Shown in pieces: positions 22,263 to 32,082 of a DNA stretch of 35,641 nt (its first letter is position 1; each line of letters starts with the position of its first letter). Made by a program: the position numbers and the translations under genes. The notes beneath the pieces are model-generated. The model ran no database searches. It was not told where the DNA came from and was given only the letters and a program-made list of their open reading frames with translations. This DNA is from a virus: IMG/VR virus record IMGVR_UViG_3300045988_048484; one strand, given 5' to 3'.

Positions 22263-23005
22263 AGATACAGGCGATTCTGGGACGTGTCCAGAATCCCTTC
22301 TGGAACGCCGTCGCCGTCATAGCCGACCCAGTTCGCGATCTGTGCCGGCGCGAAGGTGTGTGTCACGGTGGTTCCCGCGAAGCCGGTGTTTAACTGGTCC
22401 AGGATCGACTGAATGTCGTTGTCCTGGCGTCGCTGAACCTGTTCGGTCGTTTCGCCGGTCGTTTCGTTGATCGTGGACGCGGCCTGGGTGTGGACCACCG
22501 GCGCCGCGTAGGCGATTAACTGGGTATTTGTGACGTAGGAACCGGCGCCCACCTGAACGGACACGGCGGCCGCTTCCTGGTTCGTAATGAAGACGGCCAG
22601 GTCGTGAATGTGGACAGTGTCGGCCCCGTCTTCGAAAGACGTCGCCGGAATGACGTTGTCACTGTCTTCGCCGTCAAGCCACCCATAACAGAACAGGATT
22701 TCCTCTCCGTTGATGTCCTGGCCGAAAACGCCGATTTCTCTGACCCAGACGTTCGCTTCCAGTGCTTCGTTCGTGATCTGAACGGGAATTCGCATGATCG
22801 CCGGTGTGCCGTCGACGAATTCCTTTCCGGCAAGGTTCGCGGTTACGTCTTCAGGATTGATAAGTCCCGACAGGGTGTTCGGACTGACGTCCGGAACTCC
22901 ACTTCCGGCGGCCGCGCGCGTCAGGTTCAGTCCCTGTCCTGAAGCGATCAAGGCTGTCAGCGCTTCGACGCCGCTGTCGGTAACGATAGACTTGAATTTT
23001 GCCAT
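22259..23005 (-). CDS. Tail fiber protein (P2 H / Mu S-type conserved N-terminal domain)
   Basis: MAKFKSIVTDSGVEALTALIASGQGLNLTRAAAGSG resembles the conserved tail-fiber N-terminus. It follows the baseplate genes. Confidence 0.7.
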   Translation of the reverse strand: MAKFKSIVTDSGVEALTALIASGQGLNLTRAAAGSGVPDVSPNTLSGLINPEDVTANLAGKEFVDGTPAIMRIPVQITNEALEANVWVREIGVFGQDINGEEILFCYGWLDGEDSDNVIPATSFEDGADTVHIHDLAVFITNQEAAAVSVQVGAGSYVTNTQLIAYAAPVVHTQAASTINETTGETTEQVQRRQDNDIQSILDQLNTGFAGTTVTHTFAPAQIANWVGYDGDGVPEGILDTSQNRLYL

Positions 23006-23017
23006 GTGGTTTCCTCC

Positions 23018-23545
23018 TTATTCGGCCGGCTTGTAGACGTGCCGATTCAGAACCGCCATAGCGGAACAGGCGGCCGTCTGGGCCGGTTCGATTTTCTGTG
23101 GAATTTCGGTCTTCATACGAAGAACCAAATTCGCCGGAATCATTTGTCCCAGTGTGGCCACCAGGGCGTCGCGCTGTGAATAACCTTCCAGGCGGATTCT
23201 GACCAGTAGATCATAGGCGTTTTCGTCCAGTGTGACGCTGAAGTCTTCGCTGACCGTGGACAGATACTTCAGAAGGGTCCTGTAAGTGTAGGGAAGCTGA
23301 TCCAGGTATCGGATCAGGATTCTTTCGCGGCGTTCCTGTAAAGTGTCGCCAGGGGCCACAGAAAGGCCCAGAATCGCTTCCCACCGCTGACACCCATATT
23401 CGGTCAGGGACACAAGAAAGAAGTCGTCAGCGGCGTTCCTGACGTCACTGACGGCCCTTTCGAATTCCGGCTGTTCTGCGTTTGCGATCTGGTCGAATTC
23501 GATCAGTTCCTGAAGGCAACGCGGCCAGTATTCTTTAAGTAACAT
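23018..23545 (-). CDS. Baseplate/tail protein XkdU/YmfQ-like (DUF2313, P2 gpI-like)
   Basis: 175 aa directly after the baseplate J gene, with ...YGCQRWEAILGL...ERRERILIRY.... Confidence 0.65.
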   Translation of the reverse strand: MLLKEYWPRCLQELIEFDQIANAEQPEFERAVSDVRNAADDFFLVSLTEYGCQRWEAILGLSVAPGDTLQERRERILIRYLDQLPYTYRTLLKYLSTVSEDFSVTLDENAYDLLVRIRLEGYSQRDALVATLGQMIPANLVLRMKTEIPQKIEPAQTAACSAMAVLNRHVYKPAE

Positions 23546-24614
23546 TTTCGACCACCCCCAGAACCGGAATAGCGTTCGACGCCAGACTGATATTCTGGGT
23601 CGTGCCGTTGATTGTGGTTCCGGTTACGTCGATAATTCCGTCGACGGCCAGGACCTTTGTTTCGATCTGGCTGACGCGGACGATCAGGACTTCCTGGTCG
23701 GCCCATTCCTTCGCCAGTTCAGCGAAGTATTCCTGGATAGCCTTCTGGACCTCTGTTTCGACAGATTCCCAGGTGTAGGACGTCGCAAAGGTCAGCGCGA
23801 AGGAAACATTCACGGTGGTTCCGACGACACCTTCCACGGTTACAACGTGGCCGATCGGCGCGATACCGTCACCGACGCCCCGGTTCTGAACAGGGTCGAC
23901 GGCCGTCTGGACGCTGTTGACCAGGTCTTCCGAAGGAATCCCCCAGTCGCTGTCGACGAAGATGATCTTGACGGTTCCGCCGCCGTTCCAGACAGGAATG
24001 ACCTTGATCTTTCCGACGCCCTGAAGAAGTTCGACCTTCGTCTTGTAGTCAGCCTTGTTTCCGCCGTAGGCCTGGGATTCAAGACTTTCCAGGTAACGGG
24101 AATACAGGTCGGCGTCAGATTCTTCGTCTTCGCCGTTGATCAGAATGTCGGCCAGGCGCGCGGCGCCCAGGCCTTCGACATAGTCGATCGGGAACAGGTT
24201 TCCCTGGTAACGGTTACCGGCGGCGCCGGCTGTTTCGCATACCAGGCGGAACTGACCAGTCGCCAGTTTTTCGGTGACTATGTAGTTCAGGGAATCGCCA
24301 GAAAAGCGCGTTCCGATAGGAACGTCCATAGCGTTTCCGTCACCGTCTTCGAAATATCCCTTTCGGACAGCGGCAGTCGCGGCCGTTCGGAAGATACTTC
24401 GTTCACGGACCTTCTTTGTCAGGTCTTCGCCGGTTTCGGTGTCAGGGAAGGCCCTGTCCATAAGATAGGCCAGTTCGATATACATGATCGCCAGTTCAGC
24501 GGCCGCCGGCGCTATGGCGTCATATACAACGGAACCTTCGCGTTTGTCGATAGAAGGCGCGACGCGCTTCAGACAACGGTCCATAATTTTTTCGAAGGTC
24601 ATATCTTCAAACAT
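23535..24614 (-). CDS. Baseplate J-like protein (XkdT-like)
   Basis: 359 aa. REGSVVYDAIAPAAAELA... and its size and position are typical of Baseplate_J. Confidence 0.82.
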   Translation of the reverse strand: MFEDMTFEKIMDRCLKRVAPSIDKREGSVVYDAIAPAAAELAIMYIELAYLMDRAFPDTETGEDLTKKVRERSIFRTAATAAVRKGYFEDGDGNAMDVPIGTRFSGDSLNYIVTEKLATGQFRLVCETAGAAGNRYQGNLFPIDYVEGLGAARLADILINGEDEESDADLYSRYLESLESQAYGGNKADYKTKVELLQGVGKIKVIPVWNGGGTVKIIFVDSDWGIPSEDLVNSVQTAVDPVQNRGVGDGIAPIGHVVTVEGVVGTTVNVSFALTFATSYTWESVETEVQKAIQEYFAELAKEWADQEVLIVRVSQIETKVLAVDGIIDVTGTTINGTTQNISLASNAIPVLGVVENVT

Positions 24615-25029
24615 TTCCGCCCACCTCTCTTTCGATAGGAATTTCGCCGAAGATAGTTTCGGCCGTGAACTTCACGGAAGCGGTTCTTTTGTCGATCTGG
24701 ACCACTTCGAAGTCGACGACGTCGGTGATCCGGCTGTCCGCCAGAAGCGCTTCGCGAATTACACGTTTGATTTCACTTGCAAACACTTGATAACTTTTCC
24801 CGACGACGGCGTTCAGTTCTATTCCGTAATTCCAGGAATAGATCAGGAATTCAAATCGTTCGGTTTGCAGTATTTTGTAAATGGCCTGTTTCATGGCTTC
24901 CGTGGAATCACAGAAGCCACCGACGCGGCCGGCGTCAAAGTCGATTTTGTATGTCCGCGAAGGGGCGTCAGCGGCGGTCTGAACCGCCACGTCGGCGCCG
25001 ATCTTCACGGTCGTCGCGTTAGGAATCAT
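24607..25029 (-). CDS. Baseplate wedge protein, XkdS/DUF2634 (gp25/W-like)
   Basis: 140 aa with RTYKIDFDAGRVGGFCDSTEAMKQAIYKILQTERFEFLIYSWNYG. Confidence 0.7.
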   Translation of the reverse strand: MIPNATTVKIGADVAVQTAADAPSRTYKIDFDAGRVGGFCDSTEAMKQAIYKILQTERFEFLIYSWNYGIELNAVVGKSYQVFASEIKRVIREALLADSRITDVVDFEVVQIDKRTASVKFTAETIFGEIPIEREVGGNV

Positions 25030-25033
25030 AAGT

Positions 25034-25438
25034 TCACACCCTTCCCAGAACCAGGAAGGACTGGCCGCCCTGGTTTCTTAAAAGGACCACCTTTTCACCG
25101 ACTGCCAGGCCGTAATAATATTCGGACGTGCCGTCAGTGTTGGTCTGATAGTTGTTCTTCAGGACGTGGGAGTGGGACGCGAAGGACGCGTCGCCGCTTC
25201 CGCCTGACTGCGCTTCGGTGGTGGGTGAATCCTTGACGCCAGTGTGATAGTGTGTAGGATAAAAGCCGGCCTTGAATTCCTTCATAACGACGATAGCGTC
25301 GCCGGAAATGTCGAAGCGGTTGTCGACACGGATCGTCAGCGGTGACGTTTTGGTCACGGTCCCGAACATATAAGCGGCCGGAACGCCGGCGTTCTGTGTG
25401 CCTTCCGCGACTTTTTTCATTGTGTCAAGAAGTCCCAT
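25034..25438 (-). CDS. Baseplate spike/plug protein, XkdR/DUF2577-like
   Basis: 134 aa. FGTVTKTSPLTIRVDNRFDISGDAIV is the pattern seen in PBSX-like clusters. Gene order is conserved. Confidence 0.65.
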   Translation of the reverse strand: MGLLDTMKKVAEGTQNAGVPAAYMFGTVTKTSPLTIRVDNRFDISGDAIVVMKEFKAGFYPTHYHTGVKDSPTTEAQSGGSGDASFASHSHVLKNNYQTNTDGTSEYYYGLAVGEKVVLLRNQGGQSFLVLGRV

Positions 25439-25439
25439 A

Positions 25440-26396
25440 TTACACCACCTTCAATTTCAAAGACATAGTTTCCTTCAGAAGATCGTGACTGGCTTCTTCG
25501 ACGACAAAGAAGGACTTCACGTCCACGGCGCCGATTCCGATAAACAAGGCGCGGCCGGCGCGGACGGACAGGTCAGCGATCGCGTTCACGCTAAAGGACC
25601 GCTTCGGTCTGTTGTAAAGTTCCAACATTTGATCGCCGCGTTCCTTGATCTGCGCTTCGTTCATGTTTTCGTCGACCGTTTCGTAATTTTGCAGAATACC
25701 CCAGAAGTTCATATTGTTTGAATCCTGGAAGATATAGGCGTCACGCTTTCCGGTTTCCTTATTGTCGCGGGCCAGTTTGATCTTGTTGAAGGTGTCGGAA
25801 TCTATGTCGGTTTCATAGGTGAAGCCTGTCGCCAGGCTACCGTCACCCACGAAAAGGTCCAGTTTCGCGGTTTCGACGTCAGTCAACGTCAGTTTTCCGA
25901 AGTCGTCCCACAGAACGAACATTTTACCGGTATTGATCAGGGTGTAGTCGATCGCCTTCAGGACAATATCGAAAAGGGTTTGTCCGTCTTCGATCATGGA
26001 AGGGATCACATATCCCGTATTGACCAGGCTTCCGGTCTTCAGTTTGAAGTCCTCCGCGATCTGTAAAAGAATCTGGTCGGCGCGCTTACCGGTAAAGACA
26101 TAGGTTTCCTTGTTTTTCTTCAAATACCAGGTTTGATCGTAGGCCAGAACCTGAACCTGGTCTTTTTCGTTCTGGCTGATTTTCACAACGTAACCGTAGA
26201 ACAGGCCCACGTCGCCGTCCTTCAAACAAAGGATTCCGCCGTGTGTCCATTCCACCGCGCCGTCGGCGATCGCGGTCAGGTCCAGGGAAGAAGGGGAACC
26301 GGACCGTTTTGTCGACCATTTCGCGGCCGTGATCAGCGTCGTAATGTCGAACGCGTCACCGGTGACGTTGTTCTGATACAGGATAGAAATTCCCAT
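25440..26396 (-). CDS. Baseplate hub / late control D-like protein (XkdQ/YqbQ-like)
   Basis: 318 aa in the conserved position after the LysM protein. Confidence 0.7.
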   Translation of the reverse strand: MGISILYQNNVTGDAFDITTLITAAKWSTKRSGSPSSLDLTAIADGAVEWTHGGILCLKDGDVGLFYGYVVKISQNEKDQVQVLAYDQTWYLKKNKETYVFTGKRADQILLQIAEDFKLKTGSLVNTGYVIPSMIEDGQTLFDIVLKAIDYTLINTGKMFVLWDDFGKLTLTDVETAKLDLFVGDGSLATGFTYETDIDSDTFNKIKLARDNKETGKRDAYIFQDSNNMNFWGILQNYETVDENMNEAQIKERGDQMLELYNRPKRSFSVNAIADLSVRAGRALFIGIGAVDVKSFFVVEEASHDLLKETMSLKLKVV

Positions 26397-27052
26397 TATG
26401 GAATCGTGAACACCTGTCCGGCGTAGATCAGATTCGGGTTCGAACCGATCACGCCTTTATTGGCGTTATAAATTTTCGTGTAGTCGCTCCCCTTGCCGTA
26501 GATCGCTTTCGCGATATTCCACAGGCAGTCCCCAGGCTTCACGGTGTAGGTTTTACTGGTCTGTTCCGGCGTCCCTGGCCTTTCGGGTTCCTGGGTCTTC
26601 GCTGGTTCTTCCTTCTTTTCTGGAAGGACGATTCTTTTCGGGGAAATATCCTTCCATTCGTACAGCTTGATCGTGTAATACAGATCCCCCAGTTCGCCGG
26701 ACCGTTCTTCGTATTCGAAGGAATCAATTCCCATACGAAGGTTACAGTCCAGGTCTGTTCCGGTGATCAGGAAGCGGACAGGGGCCTTCTGGTCCCTGGC
26801 CTTCTGGATCGCCTGGATAATGCTGACAGGGTCCCTGATCTGGCCGACGGTATACGGCGCCTTCGCCATAGGGAAGAAACTTTCCCAGGACAGGATTCGA
26901 AGGCCCTTCTTTCGAAGAAGAAGAACTTCGCCCAGTTCAAGAACGGTCACCCGTTCGTTTTTGCCAGGCGAAGAAACATTCAGTTTCGCCGGAAGGACGG
27001 GAATGTTTATTTCCCGTCCCCCGACGATCAGGGTCATTTTGTAGTTGCTCAT
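26396..27052 (-). CDS. LysM-domain tail protein (XkdP-like)
   Basis: The C-terminus carries a LysM domain: YTVKPGDCLWNIAKAIYGKGSDYTKIYNANKGVIGSNPNLIYAGQVFTIP. Confidence 0.85.
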   Translation of the reverse strand: MSNYKMTLIVGGREINIPVLPAKLNVSSPGKNERVTVLELGEVLLLRKKGLRILSWESFFPMAKAPYTVGQIRDPVSIIQAIQKARDQKAPVRFLITGTDLDCNLRMGIDSFEYEERSGELGDLYYTIKLYEWKDISPKRIVLPEKKEEPAKTQEPERPGTPEQTSKTYTVKPGDCLWNIAKAIYGKGSDYTKIYNANKGVIGSNPNLIYAGQVFTIP

Positions 27053-28953
27053 TAGTTATACACCCCTTCCGCCGCCGCTGTGAATTCGTCTTCCAGTTTC
27101 TTTTCGATCTTGGTGACGACTTCGTCGACGTCGACTTTTTCGCTGATCTGGGCGTCCACCGCCACAGTAGGCGTCAAAGTGACGAAGTTCTGGACATAGC
27201 GCATTTCGGCCACGTCGCGAAGGAATTTCAGGTCTTCGTCGGCGATATTGACGTCGCTTTCGATAGAACCCACCGATCCGACACTGTCCACGTTTCCGAC
27301 GTCATACTGGTCAGTATTCCAGTCGGACACGCCGGCGTCAGAATTTGCCTGGGCGGCTTCGGCTCTGGCGTTTGCGTAGGTTTCGGACAGTTGGGCCGTA
27401 GCGTCGGCAAGTTCTTGCTTCGCCGCTGAATATGTGGCGTCGCGTTCTGCCTGGGCGGCCTTGATGTCCGCTTCATACTGATTCAGGGCGTCGGCCCTTG
27501 CCTGTTTGGCGGCTTCGTTTTCGGCGGCCGCTGTCGTGGCGAAGGTCACCTGTTCGATCAGGCTGATATTGACGCCAGGAATCTTGTTCAGAAGGGATAT
27601 GAAGTCGTTAATGATTCCGATCGCGCCGTTAATCATGTTCTGAAGAACCGTTAAGACGCTGACCTTCATATCGCCCATGAAGTTAGCTATGGCCGTTCCG
27701 GCCTTTTGCCAACATAGCTTTAATTTGTCGATCAGGTTCGCGATCCAGTTGTAAACCGCAAAGAAGGCCACCTTCAGGGCAGTCCAGGCCACCACAAGGG
27801 CCGCCTTGCAGATTTCCCAGGCGTTCTTCACGCCACCGACGGCCTGGATCATCTTGTAAAGGGCGGCGATTACGACGCCGACCGCAAGGGCGATCCAGAA
27901 CAAAGGATTCGACAGAAGGGTCACGAAGAAGGCCTTCGCGGCGCCATTCGCGATCCATGTCGCGGCGGTCTGAATACCCAGGGCCACCGCGTAAGCGATA
28001 GCCGCGCCGGCAAGGCCCCAGAAGATCGGGGCGATAGTGGACCAGTTTTCATAAATCCACTGGGCGCCGGCGCCGATCGCCTGGATAACAGGCCCGAAGG
28101 CTTCCAGGGCGATATTCTTCGCCAGGGTCCAGACCTGGGCGAAGGTCATAGGCATAGCGTTAAACTTCGCGTTGATTTCGTCGGCAGACGACAACATGGC
28201 ATTTTTGACGATCGTTGAAGTGATCTGGCCTTCGGCGGCCATAGCGCGAATTTGTCCGATAGGAACGCCCAGATAGTCGGCGATCGTCTGAATAATTGTA
28301 GGCGCCTGTTCAAAAATGCTGTTCAGTTCTTCACCACGAAGGACGCCGGAAGACATGGCCTGGGTAAGCTGTAACATAGCCGCGTCCACGCCGGCGGCAG
28401 ATGTGCCGGCGATCGTGAACTGTTTGTTAATCAGTTCTGTAAACTGGATCAGTTCGGCGTTGTTTCCGAAGGCGTCCTTCGCCATAATACCCATTTTGGA
28501 AACGGCGTCAGCGGTTGTCTGATAGGCCGCGCGTGAACGATTCGCGGACGCCATAATCATAGACTGAAGTTCGTCCGTGGTCTGAAGACCGTCGTTCATT
28601 AGATCGATTCTGGCCCTGGTCGTGGTCATGGTGTCCGCCAGATCAATAATCTTTTGGACGCTGATCGCCGCCAGGGCAGAACCAATATATTTCTTTACGC
28701 TTCCCCAGGCGTTCGCGACGCCTTTCGCTTCTTTCTGGGCCTGTTGCTGTTTACGGTTGAAGTTATCAACCTGACCGGAAGCGCGACTGACGGCCGAAGA
28801 CGCCCTGTCGAAATTCGCGCCAGGGTTTACCTGGTCCGACAGGCTGTCGGTCACTTCCAGGGCGCGGTTCGTTCTGGAAAGGGCGGTGGTGATCTTCCGC
28901 AGTTTGGAAGTCATACCGTCACGAATAGTCATTTGTGTAGCTACTCCGGCCAC
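27052..28953 (-). CDS. Tail tape measure protein
   Basis: 633 aa, helical and Ala-rich, with a central hydrophobic block. GTG start behind AAGGAAGGTGA. It follows the chaperone pair. Confidence 0.88.
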   Translation of the reverse strand: MAGVATQMTIRDGMTSKLRKITTALSRTNRALEVTDSLSDQVNPGANFDRASSAVSRASGQVDNFNRKQQQAQKEAKGVANAWGSVKKYIGSALAAISVQKIIDLADTMTTTRARIDLMNDGLQTTDELQSMIMASANRSRAAYQTTADAVSKMGIMAKDAFGNNAELIQFTELINKQFTIAGTSAAGVDAAMLQLTQAMSSGVLRGEELNSIFEQAPTIIQTIADYLGVPIGQIRAMAAEGQITSTIVKNAMLSSADEINAKFNAMPMTFAQVWTLAKNIALEAFGPVIQAIGAGAQWIYENWSTIAPIFWGLAGAAIAYAVALGIQTAATWIANGAAKAFFVTLLSNPLFWIALAVGVVIAALYKMIQAVGGVKNAWEICKAALVVAWTALKVAFFAVYNWIANLIDKLKLCWQKAGTAIANFMGDMKVSVLTVLQNMINGAIGIINDFISLLNKIPGVNISLIEQVTFATTAAAENEAAKQARADALNQYEADIKAAQAERDATYSAAKQELADATAQLSETYANARAEAAQANSDAGVSDWNTDQYDVGNVDSVGSVGSIESDVNIADEDLKFLRDVAEMRYVQNFVTLTPTVAVDAQISEKVDVDEVVTKIEKKLEDEFTAAAEGVYN

Positions 28954-28959
28954 AGTTCA

Positions 28960-29175
28960 TCACCTTCCTTTCTTTCCCTTCCGGTTCGCTTTCTTCGCTT
29001 CTTTCTTTTCCTTCTCAATCTGAAGGTCGATCGAAGCATAGATAAAGGCCCGTTCCCGAAGGGGAAGGGCCACAAGCTGACTGGGAAGGATTTTCAACCG
29101 GTGAAGGGCGTAATGTGCGTAGACGGATTCACCGTCCGCCTGGCTATCATCACCCCCACCGGTTATTAGTTTTTT
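28960..29175 (-). CDS. -1 frameshift extension of the tail assembly chaperone (the fusion product would span 29573..28960)
   Basis: Own translation of the -1 frame from A_AAA_AAC: KKLITGGGDDSQADGESVYAHYALHRLKILPSQLVALPLRERAFIYASIDLQIEKEKKEAKKANRKGKKGR, with the stop at 28962-28960. The frame is open for about 70 codons and has no in-frame ATG. Confidence 0.6.
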   Translation of the reverse strand, partial: KKLITGGGDDSQADGESVYAHYALHRLKILPSQLVALPLRERAFIYASIDLQIEKEKKEAKKANRKGKKGR

Positions 29176-29573
29176 GCTTCTTCACGAAGGTCGTTCACGT
29201 CGTCGGTGAACCCGTTGATCTCCTGGACGCCCAGAAGAAGGTCGATAAACTGACCAGGCTTCAGAAGGACGTCGATCAGCGCTTCGGCGCCCATGACGCC
29301 ATACTTCGCCTGAAGGTCCGCGTCCTTGAAGTTGGGGTCGACGGTGCAAGCGATAACCAGGCGGTTATTGTAAAGGTCCTGATCGGTGTCAGTGGTCTTC
29401 TGGTGGGTCTTCTTATCGAAGGTCACCTTCTGACAGGACTTTCGAAGGGCCTTGTTTTCGCCCTCTGTGATAGACTTGATCGTGAAAGGAACAGGGAAGT
29501 CGCTGACCGCGACTTCCGCTGTTGCCTGTACTGTTTCCTCATTTGCCATAAGGAATTCCTGAAGTTTACCCAT
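29166..29573 (-). CDS. Tail assembly chaperone (XkdN-like)
   Basis: 135 aa between the tube and tape measure genes. It ends in the slippery sequence GCA AAA AAC TAA. Confidence 0.75.
   Translation of the reverse strand: MGKLQEFLMANEETVQATAEVAVSDFPVPFTIKSITEGENKALRKSCQKVTFDKKTHQKTTDTDQDLYNNRLVIACTVDPNFKDADLQAKYGVMGAEALIDVLLKPGQFIDLLLGVQEINGFTDDVNDLREEAKN
29169..29175 (-). promoter_or_regulatory. Slippery heptamer A_AAA_AAC (candidate programmed -1 ribosomal frameshift site)
   Basis: It lies in the zero frame of the chaperone gene, immediately before its stop codon. Confidence 0.6.
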
Positions 29574-29600
29574 GTTTTTATCCTCCTTTGAAGTGTGTCG

Positions 29601-30059
29601 TTAAATCTTCGCGAACGGGGTCAGAATGTCGAAGTCTTCGAAGGTGAAGTCGACGTCTTCGTCCAGGGCGTCGTCGGAATCGCCGTCCAGTTTTGCCAGG
29701 ACAACAGAATCCAGGTTACAGCCGATCAGAAGGGTCGACTGTTTACCGGCGGAAGATTCCTGGTCGTCGTTCTCGACCACCATGTCGAAATACACGTCGA
29801 CGCCGGTTTCCTTCCACTGCTTGATCATGGCGCGGAAAAGGGGCGTCATGTAGTAAAGGGTCATGGAGCCGGCGCCGTTCGCGCCAGTGGTCTTGTGGCC
29901 GGTCATGCGCTTACCGATCGCCTTGATTTCAGACTTGTTCTTCTCGACGTTGGCTTCGATAGTCTTCGCCATGAACAATTCTTCATTGTTGCCGTTGATC
30001 TTCGCGTATGCGCGACCTTCCTTTCCGGAAATGGTATCAGGTGCGTTCAAAGTTTTCAT
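29601..30059 (-). CDS. Tail tube protein (XkdM-like)
   Basis: 152 aa directly after the sheath gene. SGKEGRAYAKINGNNEELFMAKTIEANVEKNKSEI is the pattern of PBSX XkdM-type tubes. Confidence 0.8.
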   Translation of the reverse strand: MKTLNAPDTISGKEGRAYAKINGNNEELFMAKTIEANVEKNKSEIKAIGKRMTGHKTTGANGAGSMTLYYMTPLFRAMIKQWKETGVDVYFDMVVENDDQESSAGKQSTLLIGCNLDSVVLAKLDGDSDDALDEDVDFTFEDFDILTPFAKI

Positions 30060-30076
30060 TGTCTGTCACCCCTTTC

Positions 30077-31411
30077 TTAATTTACGACGACAGTCATGTA
30101 AAGTTTTTCCATGCTGTCGTTAGGCTGAAGCGCGCAGTCGACGGAAACGTCGCGTTTGCCGTCGCCCTGGTTTACGGTAATATCGGCGCTGTTGAAATTG
30201 CTGATCGCGTCGATAGACTGATACTGAAGGGCCAGGGCCACCAGATCAGCCTTGAAAAGCTGACGGCCGGTGTCGCTGTTGGTAACAAGGCCGATATAAG
30301 AATCGCCGAAAATACGGGCGACGTCGTTCGCCCACCCGTCCATGACACGGACAACGCGGTTAGAAGTCCAGTCGCCGGACATATTCTGGCCAATGGTTAC
30401 CAGGCTGTTAATATCAGTCAGAACGCGCGCCTTGCCATAATCGGCATAGAAGACGAATTCGCCGGCCTGGATAGCGGCTTCGAACTGGGACTTCGTATAT
30501 TTAATATCGACGTCCACAGCGTCGTCGTAGGCGGTATTCGTCAGGCTTTCGTTGACCTCCGCGCCGGCGGAAGCGCCAGTCACCCAGGCGACAGCCTTGT
30601 CACCGGTCACGACGGTTCCGTTCGTAAGAACGACGCCGTTCTTGACGTTGATCAGGCCCAAATTGTCGCCGTCGTACTGGTAAAGGACGCCGACGATCTT
30701 TCGACCTTCGTCGTCACGAAGACGCTTCACGAAGGCGGCGAAAAGGGACTTGATGTCTTCGTCAGTGCCAGGATAGCCGATCACGTTGAAGGATTCGACT
30801 TCGAAGGCCACCAGGGCGGCGGTGTAGTTTGCGGCCTTGACTTCGCCGTTCGCGCCACCGGTCAGCGCTGTCGCGGTTGCGATAGTAAGAGAATCGACGG
30901 TTCCGAAGGTTACGAAGTTGTTCGCCACCAGGGACGCGGCGCCGCCGTCCTTTGCGACGGTCTGGCTGTCCATGACCATATCGTCAAGATAGGTCACGAC
31001 GTCAACCTTTGTCGCGTCGTCGACGTTGGTGATCACTGCGACCTTGATGTCGTTTCCGCGTGTGCCGCCCCACTTTGCGGTCACGGTCATTCCGCCCACG
31101 GTTGCGGACGCCTTCGCGCCACCGCCGTTCACGCGGTAGATCAGAAGGGTCTTCGCGCGCTTCAGCGCTTCGCGGACCAGAAGAATATTCGCGTCAGTGG
31201 GATCGTAACCGAAGACCTTCAGACTGGACGCGTTGAAGTCAGTCGCGGTCATTGCGAAGACCTGGGATTCAGGTCCCCAGTTAAGTTCCAGGGGAAGGGC
31301 GGCGACGCCACGGCTTCCCATTTTGGCGTTGGTTCCCATGCTTACGAAGTTAATGTAAGCGCCAGGAAGAATCTTGTTCTGTACTGTGAAAGTACCTCCA
31401 CCAATAGGCAT
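30077..31411 (-). CDS. Contractile tail sheath protein (XkdK-like)
   Basis: 444 aa. The N-terminus GTFTVQNKILPGAYINF is typical of sheath proteins. Confidence 0.88.
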   Translation of the reverse strand: MPIGGGTFTVQNKILPGAYINFVSMGTNAKMGSRGVAALPLELNWGPESQVFAMTATDFNASSLKVFGYDPTDANILLVREALKRAKTLLIYRVNGGGAKASATVGGMTVTAKWGGTRGNDIKVAVITNVDDATKVDVVTYLDDMVMDSQTVAKDGGAASLVANNFVTFGTVDSLTIATATALTGGANGEVKAANYTAALVAFEVESFNVIGYPGTDEDIKSLFAAFVKRLRDDEGRKIVGVLYQYDGDNLGLINVKNGVVLTNGTVVTGDKAVAWVTGASAGAEVNESLTNTAYDDAVDVDIKYTKSQFEAAIQAGEFVFYADYGKARVLTDINSLVTIGQNMSGDWTSNRVVRVMDGWANDVARIFGDSYIGLVTNSDTGRQLFKADLVALALQYQSIDAISNFNSADITVNQGDGKRDVSVDCALQPNDSMEKLYMTVVVN

Positions 31412-31414
31412 AGG

Positions 31415-31606
31415 TTACACCTTCCTTTCAAGAAATTCGGTTACAAGCTGAATCGCCTGTTCCCGTGTATACTGCTGACCGTCCTTCAGGATCGCCGCCA
31501 CAGCGTCCCTGGGAAGGCCAAGCGTTTTCGAATTGACCAGTTGTTCTTTGCTGTAAACGGGCGCGGCCTGGTCGACCACGGCGTCCGTTTTCTTCTTTGT
31601 AGCCAT
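31415..31606 (-). CDS. Hypothetical small protein (63 aa)
   Basis: Tightly packed between the neck and sheath genes. Confidence 0.45.
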   Translation of the reverse strand: MATKKKTDAVVDQAAPVYSKEQLVNSKTLGLPRDAVAAILKDGQQYTREQAIQLVTEFLERKV

Positions 31607-32082
31607 TACGTTATAACCTCCGATCTGATCGTGTTGTTCTGGTCCAGATAATACATTGTCGGAATGACTTCCGGTGTGATCACGAAATAGAAGTCAGTGT
31701 CAAAAAGGAACTGGAAGACGCGTTGATCGTCGTCCTTCCTGGCGCTGATATTCGTCAGGCGGATCGTTCGGCGGACGTCGGTTTCGACACCGTCGACGAC
31801 CTCCGTTTTTTCGTGAACCGAAAGGGATTCGAATTCGTCGAACATAGCTTCCGCCCATTCGTTGAATTCAAGGTTGTCCTTCGACGCCATAAAATAGAGG
31901 ACTTCGAACTTGACAGTTCTTCGGCGGCGACGGTCCAGTTTCTTTTCCTGGGCCGCGTCGACTACCCTGACGAAGAAGTTTCCGTCAGAATCTTTCGGAA
32001 TCTCATTGACGAAGACGTGGCGATCGGACCATAGACCGACAAGTTTCATGGCGATAGATTCCAGGAAGTTGTTCAGCGTCAC
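31606..32082 (-). CDS. Tail completion / terminator-type neck protein (XkdJ-like; assignment by position)
   Basis: 158 aa, the last neck-region gene before the sheath. Confidence 0.45.
   Translation of the reverse strand: MTLNNFLESIAMKLVGLWSDRHVFVNEIPKDSDGNFFVRVVDAAQEKKLDRRRRRTVKFEVLYFMASKDNLEFNEWAEAMFDEFESLSVHEKTEVVDGVETDVRRTIRLTNISARKDDDQRVFQFLFDTDFYFVITPEVIPTMYYLDQNNTIRSEVIT

Noticed and set aside
30008-31651. A 547-aa plus-strand ORF, the longest in the track apart from the tape-measure and DGR target 2 genes
   Set aside because: It is antisense to the sheath gene, whose minus-strand product has clear sheath features. It has no RBS, and its V/G/D/R/H-rich composition is typical of a shadow ORF in GC-biased coding DNA.
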